64,000 nucleotides of DNA from an uncultured Pseudomonadota bacterium (GTDB lineage Bacteria > Pseudomonadota > Alphaproteobacteria > RF32 > CAG-239). Numbering within the stretch: position 1 is the stretch's first letter; every line of letters starts with the position of its first letter. Below are positions 19,969 to 28,980 of the stretch, piece after piece. The position numbers were made by a program, and so were the translations under genes. The stretch covers positions 6,475-70,474 of the forward strand of contig CADAJN010000005.1 in assembly GCA_902788365.1 (NCBI GenBank), read 5' to 3'. The notes under the pieces were generated by a model. The model ran no database searches, was not told the origin of the DNA, and saw only the letters and a list, made by a program, of their open reading frames with translations.

Positions 19969-21399
19969 ATGATTAAAACAACTGATGAAAATATTAACCC
20001 GTTTGCCGCAGTGTTCAAACAAGCCTTTGAACAAGATGTCTTAAGTTCTGCCGTAAAACTACCGACAAATAAAGCCTCATACCCGCCGCGAGCCCAACTT
20101 TTTTTACATCAACTGAACCGCTTTTGGCAACAAAACGGCGAATCTGAAATCAATTTCCGTCACTATGCCCTCAATGAACATAAATTGTTTGAATACGCCT
20201 TATTTTTGCGCGGTTATATGCGTGATGCACAAAAAGTTTTGGCCAATTTAAAACAACAACACGCCGCCTCAGATGATTTAATTGAATTATTTCAGGCCTC
20301 GGCCGAATATGTGGTTGCCTGCAATCATCAGTTGCACGACAAACGCATTTTTGATAATAATGCCAGTTATCATACTTGGCAAATAAATTTAACGAACGGA
20401 CTTAAAAATGCTGTTTATCAAAAACCTCAGCTTACACCATCTGGCTCTGATAAATCGGCTTTATACCTGTTTATGCCGTTTCGTATAGAACCTGACAATC
20501 GGCAAATCAGTAAATGGGTATATATGAATATGCGCAACACCTTAGACAATGCTCCTTTTATCAATGACCAAACCGATGTTTTTGCCGTGCATTACCCGAT
20601 ACAAAAATCGCGTAGCTCAAACATCGGCGCTTTACTTCGCACCCTACGCCACCCATCCGACTATTTTGAAACACCTGATTTAGAGTTTGTGCGCCAAAAT
20701 TGGCTGCCGTATATTGCCGACAATCTGCAAATTGATGCCAAAGGCACGGTGCAAACCGCACAACCGTATTCACCGCAAAAATTATGCGCCGCATTCCGCC
20801 GCATTAACATTTTTACTTATTGTGCCGGCACAGCAAATGCTCACCGTTGTCTGACGGCATTACAACACATCGGAACGCAAATTTACGGCAATGAATTAAC
20901 ACAAAAAGCAATGACCGGCATTTTCCTGTGCTCTTACGGCTTTTTACCGGTGCAACCAAAATTGCCTTATTCCGGCGTGCACATATACAGCCATTTATCA
21001 AATGATATCAACCGCTTAGAGCCGTTTGTAAATCTGAACAATCATATTTTATATGAACAAACAAAATGCACTACAGCTCAATTTCCGGCACACTTTTCAG
21101 TAATGCCTGACAAACGCAACATTGTTGTGGCTTTACGCTTACCGAATAAATTTTCAACTATTAAAGACGGTAATATTACACCATATCAGGACAGTGAATT
21201 CGGTCACAGCATGACCAACATTAACACCCCAAACATCTTAGAGGCAGATAACTTTGCGCACCGTCTATTCAAATCGGTGTTACAAAACTGTTGCACCGGC
21301 AAACGCGGCAAAGAAGTTTTGGATATGCCCACCGCAACGCCGCAAAACATCATTCAGACAGCGGTTCTATGGGGCAATCGGCAAATGTTGAAACTTTAA
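19969..21399 (+). CDS. Hypothetical protein (476 aa)
   Basis: A long ORF with host-like codon usage and no domain I recognise. It contains INIFTYCAGTANAH, a nucleophile-elbow-like motif. Confidence 0.6.
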   Translation: MIKTTDENINPFAAVFKQAFEQDVLSSAVKLPTNKASYPPRAQLFLHQLNRFWQQNGESEINFRHYALNEHKLFEYALFLRGYMRDAQKVLANLKQQHAASDDLIELFQASAEYVVACNHQLHDKRIFDNNASYHTWQINLTNGLKNAVYQKPQLTPSGSDKSALYLFMPFRIEPDNRQISKWVYMNMRNTLDNAPFINDQTDVFAVHYPIQKSRSSNIGALLRTLRHPSDYFETPDLEFVRQNWLPYIADNLQIDAKGTVQTAQPYSPQKLCAAFRRINIFTYCAGTANAHRCLTALQHIGTQIYGNELTQKAMTGIFLCSYGFLPVQPKLPYSGVHIYSHLSNDINRLEPFVNLNNHILYEQTKCTTAQFPAHFSVMPDKRNIVVALRLPNKFSTIKDGNITPYQDSEFGHSMTNINTPNILEADNFAHRLFKSVLQNCCTGKRGKEVLDMPTATPQNIIQTAVLWGNRQMLKL

Positions 21400-21407
21400 C
21401 TCAACGC

Positions 21408-22475
21408 TTAATTCATGTTCGGCTTGCGACAAAAATCGTTTTGTTGCAGATAATACATCAATTCCTTGTCAGCTTGTTGCGTCACCTCGTTTTCTTTGGC
21501 AGGAACGGTTTGCAAACGCCCGTCCACGACCTGACGTTGTTTTTTACCGTATTCATCAAGTATTTGCTGATAATAGCTCAAAATCTCTGCCACTTCGGCA
21601 TCTTTTAAGCGACAAGTCACCGTCCAATCGCTTTGATTACCCATCACATTAAGCTGATTACTGAGATAAATCGTGCATATTTGGTTAAAATATTCCGCCG
21701 TCAAACCGGCATTATAGGTAGCTTTGCCCACTTGTCCGGAAGTTTGCCGCCCCATATAATCGCGCTTATTGCGGCAAGCATCAAGTGCATATAACAAACC
21801 GTCATAAACATATTGCGGAGTGTAATCATAGTGCGCCATTTCTTTGTTGCGCAAAATGACCTGCAAATCTTCAAAACTGTGAATATTCGGTAAAATGTCA
21901 AGCGGTGCCTTAATTTGATACTGATCATATTTCAACTCACACTTATCCCCTTGTTTGGCAACAATCTCCAGCGGCACGGCGTCATCTTCCTCATAGCCGA
22001 TTGGTGCGCTGACTGCTGCCTCACATCGGCGTAATTTTGCCATAAATTCCGGTGTAAAATAATCAACAACGTCCGCTTGAACCGGTTCGGCCGGTGCGGC
22101 GGCTTCCACTTTAATTTCATTAAGTCCGCACGAGCTTTGTGCAAATTCTTCCCATAATTTTCCCCATTCGGCATCCACGGCATCAGCCGGCATATTTTGC
22201 ATCACTTCAACCAAGTGCCCTAATTGTTCTTCGTTCAGCGCACATTCAATACGCTCATTTTCATCTGTTTCCGGTTTCAATACGACCAGGCATAATTCCT
22301 CTTTTTTTCCTTCAATGCGCATGGAAATGGGAATTTCATCTGCTTTTGTCGGCACATCTTCAACATATTGCATGCACGATTGCGTTGCTTCAATCATTTC
22401 AGCCGAAAAAGCTTCTGTTCGCAACGGCCAACCGATCAAAAAACATATAACAATCAAAATGAAATACTTTTTCAT
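21408..22475 (-). CDS. Hypothetical secreted protein (355 aa)
   Basis: Signal peptide MKKYFILIVICFLIGWPLRTEA and several Cys residues. I recognise no domain. Confidence 0.6.
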   Translation of the reverse strand: MKKYFILIVICFLIGWPLRTEAFSAEMIEATQSCMQYVEDVPTKADEIPISMRIEGKKEELCLVVLKPETDENERIECALNEEQLGHLVEVMQNMPADAVDAEWGKLWEEFAQSSCGLNEIKVEAAAPAEPVQADVVDYFTPEFMAKLRRCEAAVSAPIGYEEDDAVPLEIVAKQGDKCELKYDQYQIKAPLDILPNIHSFEDLQVILRNKEMAHYDYTPQYVYDGLLYALDACRNKRDYMGRQTSGQVGKATYNAGLTAEYFNQICTIYLSNQLNVMGNQSDWTVTCRLKDAEVAEILSYYQQILDEYGKKQRQVVDGRLQTVPAKENEVTQQADKELMYYLQQNDFCRKPNMN

Positions 22476-22901
22476 GGCTTTCTCCTGTGTTTATCTTAAG
22501 TATGATTTTACGCTGCCGCATAAGCTTTGTCATTAACTTTTATCATTCTTTCACAAGATATTGCCTGAAAACCGCACAAACAAAAAGGGGGCGGCAACTT
22601 AAGGCCCTTCCCCCTTTCCAGCCCTAACCGCCCAAAGTATGCAAGTGTGCCACAAAACGCACCAAAATCCTGCCCTTTTAAGACGCATTAAAGAGCTTGC
22701 CGCTATAGACATAAACCGTAAAGAAATTTATTACAAAATTTCTCAACTGGGACGTCTGGCGACGGCTCCGACAAATGCCTTAGAATTCAATTGCTTGAAA
22801 AACATCATCATTCATGCGGAACAATTTAGATTTAAGACTGATTTTGCTTTTTACAAGCCAAACACAACCAAAGATTAAGATTATCAAACCTTTTTGATGT
22901 A

Positions 22902-23903
22902 TCAAATCAGTCCGTTACGGCATAAATCAGCAAAAATCGGTTTATTGAGACCAAATTTTTCAATCAACACCGATGGTCGGCTCTCAATTTGTAAATTACG
23001 TTCGGTAAAATCTTTACCTTTACGTGCTTTTAAAACGGCGCTCGGCAAACAAGATTGCCCGATGCAGGATGATAAATAAACCCAAACCTCATCATTATCG
23101 GCCAAATTTTCAACAGCCAAACGACGGGCATACAAATTCAGTGTCAAATCGGCCTTAGTAGCATCTTTGGTCCATGGCGATCCACCGCCGAGAGGTGCCG
23201 CCGCGCCATAAAAATCAACTGCCAGCTTACGACCGGTCATACCGCAATCGGCCACGCTTGAATGCACGGTATAATCACCGGCGGTGTTGATTAGCAGTTG
23301 TGCCGGTTTTTGCCCCAAAGTTTGGCAGATAAAATCGCTCAAATCTTCTTTTTCCAACATCGGCACGGCCGCTACGGCAGTTAAAACCCGCGAACCCTCC
23401 AAAGTAATTTGAGTTTTAATATCAAGTCCCAAATTATTGCCCTCCCGAGCTTTAGCATATAACGCACGATTAAGCCGTCGCGCCAAAAACAACTCACGCC
23501 CGACAAAATCTTCTCCTTGGCAGGCATACCCGACAAACACGCCTTGGTCGCCCCAACCGTCTGCATCTACACCTTGGGCAATCTCAGCCGATTGCTGATT
23601 AACCAAATTTATAATTTGCAACCGATTGATATTAATGGCTTTTTCCTGCCAACGTGCAGCATATTTTTCATCATAACCGATTTGGCGCAGTCCCTCATAC
23701 ACATAGTCTTGCCATTGCGGCTCAGAAAATCGGCTGCTGATTTCACCGCCCAATACGACAGTGTTGTTTTTAACCATAACTTCCACCCCGTAACGCGTGC
23801 GGCTATCATGTTCCAAAAAACGATCTAAAATGTAACTTGAAATAAAATCGGCGGTCTTATCCGGATGTCCCAAAGACACCGCCTCTGCTGTTTTAATCAT
23901 CAT
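22902..23903 (-). CDS. metK: Compact, divergent S-adenosylmethionine synthetase-like protein (333 aa)
   Basis: GHPDKTADFIS, GWGDQG, DIKTQIT, ADCGMTGRKLAVD and GGGSPWTKDATKAD correspond to MetK catalytic motifs. The protein is about 50 aa shorter than E. coli MetK. Confidence 0.75.
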   Translation of the reverse strand: MMIKTAEAVSLGHPDKTADFISSYILDRFLEHDSRTRYGVEVMVKNNTVVLGGEISSRFSEPQWQDYVYEGLRQIGYDEKYAARWQEKAININRLQIINLVNQQSAEIAQGVDADGWGDQGVFVGYACQGEDFVGRELFLARRLNRALYAKAREGNNLGLDIKTQITLEGSRVLTAVAAVPMLEKEDLSDFICQTLGQKPAQLLINTAGDYTVHSSVADCGMTGRKLAVDFYGAAAPLGGGSPWTKDATKADLTLNLYARRLAVENLADNDEVWVYLSSCIGQSCLPSAVLKARKGKDFTERNLQIESRPSVLIEKFGLNKPIFADLCRNGLI

Positions 23904-23981
23904 AAAATCTCCTGTTTAGTCCATTTAATGCTGGACAAGTCGGTTAAATCCACATGGCAGATAACCCTGCCTCGTTATAAG

Positions 23982-24010
23982 ATATATGGATAAAAATTTC
24001 CGCTTGTCAA
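23982..24010 (-). promoter_or_regulatory. Candidate sigma70-type promoter of the metK-like gene
   Basis: On the minus strand it reads TTGACA(AGCGG)-N17-ATATAT. The extended -35 is shared with two other candidate promoters in the window. Confidence 0.4.
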
Positions 24011-24080
24011 GAAGTTTATTTTTTGCTTGTATTTTACCGAATTTATTTTTACTATTTGTGCCATAACAAAGGAGAAAAAC

Positions 24081-24746
24081 ATGAAAATCGGATTGCTTTT
24101 GGCTATGCAAAAAGAATTGGAATTTTTTGCCGATAATGCACAAAATTTTGACACCACAATAATGCATCAAAGACCATTTTTATCGGGACAATGGGGCAAA
24201 CACGATATTGTGGCTACCGTCAGCGGTATGGGTAAAGTAAACGCCGCACTGTGTGCCGCCACCCTGATTAAACAACATCAGACCGATTTAATCTTAAACA
24301 TCGGCATATCCGGCGGATTAGATGCCTCTTTACAAATAGGTGATTTTGTACTCGGTCGCGATATTGTTTACCATGACGTCTGGTGCGGTCAAGGTAATGA
24401 ATACGGCCAAGTGCAAAATATGCCGTTGTATTATCATTCCGATGCGAATTTGGTGGCCAAATTACCTCAATTTAAGCAAGGTTTATTGTGTTGCGGCGAT
24501 TGGTTTGTTTCACAAACAACCGAATTGAACAATATAAAAAGTAAATTTCCGCAAGCATTGGCAGTAGATATGGAAAGCGCGGCAATTGCCCAAACCTGTT
24601 ATATGTATCAAATACCTTTTTTATGTATACGCCAAATCAGTGACACTCCGGGAGCCGAACACCATCAGGAACAATACGAAACATTTTGGCAACACGCGCC
24701 GCAAAATTCCATTAAGGCTCTTTCTGAAATACTGGAAGCAATATGA
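24081..24746 (+). CDS. mtnN: 5'-methylthioadenosine/S-adenosylhomocysteine nucleosidase
   Basis: MKIGLLLAMQKE..., SGMGKVNAA, ISGGL, AVDMESAAIAQ and IRQISD. The start at 24081 is preceded by an AGGAG RBS; the track start at 24027 is less likely. Confidence 0.9.
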   Translation: MKIGLLLAMQKELEFFADNAQNFDTTIMHQRPFLSGQWGKHDIVATVSGMGKVNAALCAATLIKQHQTDLILNIGISGGLDASLQIGDFVLGRDIVYHDVWCGQGNEYGQVQNMPLYYHSDANLVAKLPQFKQGLLCCGDWFVSQTTELNNIKSKFPQALAVDMESAAIAQTCYMYQIPFLCIRQISDTPGAEHHQEQYETFWQHAPQNSIKALSEILEAI

Positions 24747-26482
24747 TTAAAGCCTTTATGGAAACATTGCAAGATCTGGCTCAAGCGCTTTGGAAACATT
24801 ATATTTTAGGGGCTTTTTTGCTTGTTGCGGCCTTTACCGGCTTAAACATGCAGTTATTCTGGTTTTTTGAACAAAATTTTTTCTGGACCGATACCGATTG
24901 CTATCTGCGCGCCTTGCGCATTATAGACTGGTTATCTGATTTTCAGTGGTCGGAAAAAATTTTTCCGTGGACCAATCCGCCGCACGGCTTTGAGTTGCAT
25001 TGGACACGCGCTTGCGATATCATATGGGCAACTTTGGCGGCACCTTTCATGCTGATTATGCCGCTCAAGTATGCTGTATTTTATGGCGGAATATTGTTTT
25101 CGCCGCTGTTTTTTGCCCTTACCGTAATTGCTCTGTTTTGGGGCATAAAATCGTATGTGCCGAACACACCCGATAAATACAAAATCTTCGCGGTTGCCTT
25201 TTTACTGGTTTTGTTTTACCTCAATAAACTGGACGATACTTTCGGTTTTCAGCGGCCGGATCATCATTCTTTAATGTGCTTTGTGTTCAGTTTTAATATT
25301 GCGGTCATATTGCGCAATCAAATTCATTTTTGCCCGAAAGAATTTATATATGCAGGCATTTTTGCAGGAATCGGCATGTGGGCTTCTTCGGCACTGGAAG
25401 GTTTGTTCGTCGTGGCACTGATATTGTCTGTTTTAAGTATAAACTGGATTTTCTATCAGCACCCGCTCAAAAATCTGATTTATTTTACAACCGGTTTGTT
25501 CGGCGCAGTCAGCTTGGCATGGTTGATCAATCCGCCTTTGCACGGTTGGAATATCGTTGACATCAACCGTTTGTCTGTTGTTCACGCGGTTTTATGCGGT
25601 TTAATTCTCTTATCTTTTCTGATATTAAAACAGCTTAATTTGACTACAAAAATTGCAAAATTATGCGGTTTAGCTATTGCGGCAACAATTTCCGCCGGTC
25701 TGATAATCGGAATTTTCGGCACCGATTCAATTTTTGTTTCAATTTATCATCCGTTGGTATGGAAATATTTTGTGCCGCGTATCGGCGAAATGACGTCCTT
25801 ACCGTTTGCCTATGAATACATCGGAATCCGCCATTATGCTATATTATTCGGCACTTTACTTATTGCCGTCATTTTGTATCGCCACAAACTGAAAACCTCT
25901 TATGCGCCGGATTTACTTGTTTTATTTTTTGCCACATTGATAACCGCCGTATCGGTTATACGCTTTTTCCCTTATTTTAACGTTATACTGAGCGTTTTAA
26001 CGGCCTTGGTGTTGTTTGAACTCATGACATATCCATTCAAATCCCCGTGGTTTGGGAAATGTCTCAAATTTACATATATTGCCGTTCCTGTCGCTGTTTT
26101 GACCACCTTTTTACCCCTGCAAGGCGCCACCCATATGCCGCGGATGCAAGGACCGGCATTGGTTGATTTGTTTGAGGCACCGGAACTTTTGTTTAACCAA
26201 GGCGTTGATACTGTCGGTTCTCCGTATCATACCAACACGGAAGGCATTATTGACAACTACAAAATGTGGTTTAGCAGCGATGAAGATGAATTGAAAGCCC
26301 TCTTAAAAAAGCATCAGGTGCGCCAAATTTATTTGCGCTTGGTATTATTTTCCGAATTTTATCAAGATCCGTTTCATAATTTGGATAAATTATATGCCAA
26401 AGTTATGCTTAATGCCGAACCATATCCGTGGATGGAACAAATCGGTGAAAATCACTATGTGATAAACTATGATAAATTTTAA
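24743..26482 (+). CDS. Polytopic GT-C-like membrane protein (STT3/PglB-like topology), function unknown
   Basis: About 13 hydrophobic segments. The first external loop reads WTDTDCYLRALR (D-x-D...Y..R), a later loop reads VPRIGEM (TIxE-like), and there is a short C-terminal soluble domain. An ATGA overlap couples it to mtnN. Confidence 0.5.
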   Translation: MIKAFMETLQDLAQALWKHYILGAFLLVAAFTGLNMQLFWFFEQNFFWTDTDCYLRALRIIDWLSDFQWSEKIFPWTNPPHGFELHWTRACDIIWATLAAPFMLIMPLKYAVFYGGILFSPLFFALTVIALFWGIKSYVPNTPDKYKIFAVAFLLVLFYLNKLDDTFGFQRPDHHSLMCFVFSFNIAVILRNQIHFCPKEFIYAGIFAGIGMWASSALEGLFVVALILSVLSINWIFYQHPLKNLIYFTTGLFGAVSLAWLINPPLHGWNIVDINRLSVVHAVLCGLILLSFLILKQLNLTTKIAKLCGLAIAATISAGLIIGIFGTDSIFVSIYHPLVWKYFVPRIGEMTSLPFAYEYIGIRHYAILFGTLLIAVILYRHKLKTSYAPDLLVLFFATLITAVSVIRFFPYFNVILSVLTALVLFELMTYPFKSPWFGKCLKFTYIAVPVAVLTTFLPLQGATHMPRMQGPALVDLFEAPELLFNQGVDTVGSPYHTNTEGIIDNYKMWFSSDEDELKALLKKHQVRQIYLRLVLFSEFYQDPFHNLDKLYAKVMLNAEPYPWMEQIGENHYVINYDKF

Positions 26483-26494
26483 GTATCGCTCATC

Positions 26495-28189
26495 TTAAAG
26501 CGAATTTTGGCGTTGCGATAATTCTGCCGCCAAAGTTGCCGTATTATTTTTGCTTTGAACGCTATTTTCCTCTTTGGCGCCGTTTGCCGAACGCTCTTTT
26601 GTTTGTATTTTCAACTGCTCGTCACGCGCTTGAACGCGTTCTTTTTCTTGCAAACGATTGCGCTCACTGCCGTCTATGACCATGCGCAAACTGTTATCGG
26701 CTGTTTTTTTGGTTTGTAATTCGTCACGCAACCGCATATCGCGTCGTTCTTGTTCAAAAGTTTTCTTTTGAGTTTGCTCGCGTGCAATCTCGCGAAATTT
26801 AATCTGTTGCCGATCATCGGCATAAATCCGATTTTTTAGCTTTTCTTCGGCCTGCAATTTTTGCTGATTTTGTAAAGTCAAAGCAATCTGTTTTTTTGGC
26901 ACTTTCGGATACACATTACGGAAATTGTGATGCCATTGGAAATACACCAAAAATACCGATGGAAAAGCAGCAATCAGTGTTTGATCCATAGTGCGAGGTT
27001 TAGTCAGTTCATAAGACCGAGCTGCCAAAATACGTCGTGTTTCTTCAATAAAACGCTCCATTTTCTCTTTTTTGGTATCCGGCCGTCCCAAACGATACTC
27101 GCACATACGAATTAACCGATTGAAAATCGGATCACTGTTATCCATCGCCAAACGACGTAAAATTTTAAGCATACTCTGCATATTGGCACTTTTATTCCAG
27201 AAAGATTGAATAGATTTGGCTCCAATGCTGTCTACCCCGAAATGACGCAATTTATCAATATTACCCACGCTTTTAATAGCTTCCATCACAAAGGCATAAA
27301 TTGCCCCCCAAGCGATAGATCCGTCCTCTAAAAACAACTTTTTCCAATCACCTTCTTTGAGCCGTTGCAAAGCATATTCCACCACCGGAAAATCAATATT
27401 TTGAATTGATTCGCCTTGCAATAACAAATAAATCTGCGACGATGAACTGTCTAAAATAAAACGCTCGGCCAGTGCCGTTTCGTTGCTTTTTATACCCCGC
27501 AAATATAAATAAATATAGGCAAAAACGCTGGAATGAATAGCACGCAACGCGCCGATATTTTGAAAAGTCAGCTTATATTTATCGCGATAACGAATAAGCC
27601 GACGCAACCGCTCTTCGCCGGTCCATTGTGTGCGAATAATCTGGTAACGATAACCGAATTTGCGCATCAGCTCCGGATACATAAATTTGAAATGCAATGC
27701 CATACACCATTCGCGCACCATTGAATAAATTGAAAACAGCGGATTACGCGCATAACCGGTCATGACTGTCGCAATTACCGCTTCATCTTGCACAAAATAC
27801 GGCTCCATGTGCGAACAAAAAGCATTTTTTCTAAACTCGGCTTCCAAAGCAAACAAATAGCGTTCCAAATCCTCGTCATCCACATCATAGGTTTGAAAAA
27901 CCGGTGCCAAGCTGCTCATCATTTTATTATAGTCAGCCCGCGGAGCCACCGTATTACCGTCATCAACATAGCCTTGTTGAAATTCATCGGCATACAAATT
28001 GCAAAATTTATATTGCTCATCATTATAATAATCGGTAAAATCGGCCAAATCGGCGGCAATAAAATCTTTCACCCGTGCGGCATACGCAGGCTCATAAACA
28101 GCCGTTTTAAAATAATTGACGGCATCTTGCTCCAGTTCTTCTTCCGAATATGTCAAATCTGCTAAGCGAACCATTGCTTTTATCCTCAT
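26495..28189 (-). CDS. Hypothetical protein (564 aa) with a highly charged C-terminal third
   Basis: A long ORF with host-like codon usage. The C-terminal ~130 aa are K/R/E/Q-rich. I recognise no domain. Confidence 0.6.
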   Translation of the reverse strand: MRIKAMVRLADLTYSEEELEQDAVNYFKTAVYEPAYAARVKDFIAADLADFTDYYNDEQYKFCNLYADEFQQGYVDDGNTVAPRADYNKMMSSLAPVFQTYDVDDEDLERYLFALEAEFRKNAFCSHMEPYFVQDEAVIATVMTGYARNPLFSIYSMVREWCMALHFKFMYPELMRKFGYRYQIIRTQWTGEERLRRLIRYRDKYKLTFQNIGALRAIHSSVFAYIYLYLRGIKSNETALAERFILDSSSSQIYLLLQGESIQNIDFPVVEYALQRLKEGDWKKLFLEDGSIAWGAIYAFVMEAIKSVGNIDKLRHFGVDSIGAKSIQSFWNKSANMQSMLKILRRLAMDNSDPIFNRLIRMCEYRLGRPDTKKEKMERFIEETRRILAARSYELTKPRTMDQTLIAAFPSVFLVYFQWHHNFRNVYPKVPKKQIALTLQNQQKLQAEEKLKNRIYADDRQQIKFREIAREQTQKKTFEQERRDMRLRDELQTKKTADNSLRMVIDGSERNRLQEKERVQARDEQLKIQTKERSANGAKEENSVQSKNNTATLAAELSQRQNSL

Positions 28190-28386
28190 TATCGGTTGTT
28201 ATTTTAGCTTAAATAAAGCCAAACTGTCAATATAATTTTATTTTTTGCCACGGCGAGATAGCCTTTACCTGATATTTCGGCGACATGGCCCGTCAAGCAT
28301 TTTTTGCGGTTATAGACATATACTTTCGGCCACATTTGCTTTAATTGTTTGATTTTGCGACTATCTTTACCTTCGTGGAGGATAAA

Positions 28387-28578
28387 ATGCAAAACAGTAA
28401 AATAGCCAATTATATTGTTTATGATTTATCAAAAAAAATATATCGCCCGAACACGTCGGCAATTCACCCGCTGGTTATCAATCAGGTGGTGGAAAACTGG
28501 GATAAACAAATCTACATTGTGCCGCACGATGCCGTCAAACTGCATCATAACCGCGTCAAAAAATATAAACTGATGTAA
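28387..28578 (+). CDS. Small hypothetical protein (63 aa)
   Basis: The ATG at 28387 is preceded by a GGAGGA RBS. I recognise no homology. Confidence 0.35.
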   Translation: MQNSKIANYIVYDLSKKIYRPNTSAIHPLVINQVVENWDKQIYIVPHDAVKLHHNRVKKYKLM

Positions 28579-28699
28579 TCAAAAACAAAGAATATATGCA
28601 CCGCATTATGCAATAACAATAAAACTTGTTATCAGCTTTATAAGCACTCGCATGAAATTATATTTAGGTATATGTTATTTTTTTCAGAAAGGAAAAACG

Positions 28700-28966
28700 A
28701 TGCCTAAAACAGCTAAAACAGAACAAGTGCGCCTAGAAGATAATTTATTTTTTGCCGGCACGATTTACGATAGTTTTGAAGCTTTGGAAGAAGTTATGGG
28801 AAAACTTAAACTGGAACGTCCGCTGTTTCTGGTATATTTGGCCAAAAAAGCTTTTGCCGAAGAAGTCTTTAAGGCGGCCGGCGAAAAACCTGACGATGAA
28901 TTTAATCAGTTGGTGGCAACTTCCGGCATTATTTTAAATCAAGATTATTATCAGCAACAAATGTAA
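28700..28966 (+). CDS. Small hypothetical protein (88 aa)
   Basis: The ATG at 28700 is preceded by AAAGGAAAA. The predicted protein is acidic and probably helical. I recognise no homology. Confidence 0.4.
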   Translation: MPKTAKTEQVRLEDNLFFAGTIYDSFEALEEVMGKLKLERPLFLVYLAKKAFAEEVFKAAGEKPDDEFNQLVATSGIILNQDYYQQQM

Positions 28967-28980
28967 TTTTAAAATGCCCG

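Noticed and set aside
22639-22878. A 79-aa ORF in the gap upstream of the metK-like gene's 3' end.
   Set aside because: It has no convincing RBS and no recognisable family, so I left it uncalled. The gap is flagged separately.
23904-24004. A possible SAM-responsive riboswitch in the leader of the metK-like gene, which contains two small hairpins (GGCAG-ggttat-CTGCC and GTCCA-gcattaaa-TGGAC).
   Set aside because: I could not match it to the SAM-II, SAM-V or SAM/SAH consensus from memory. The leader is short (~70 nt) and the hairpins are generic. An Rfam scan is needed before any claim.
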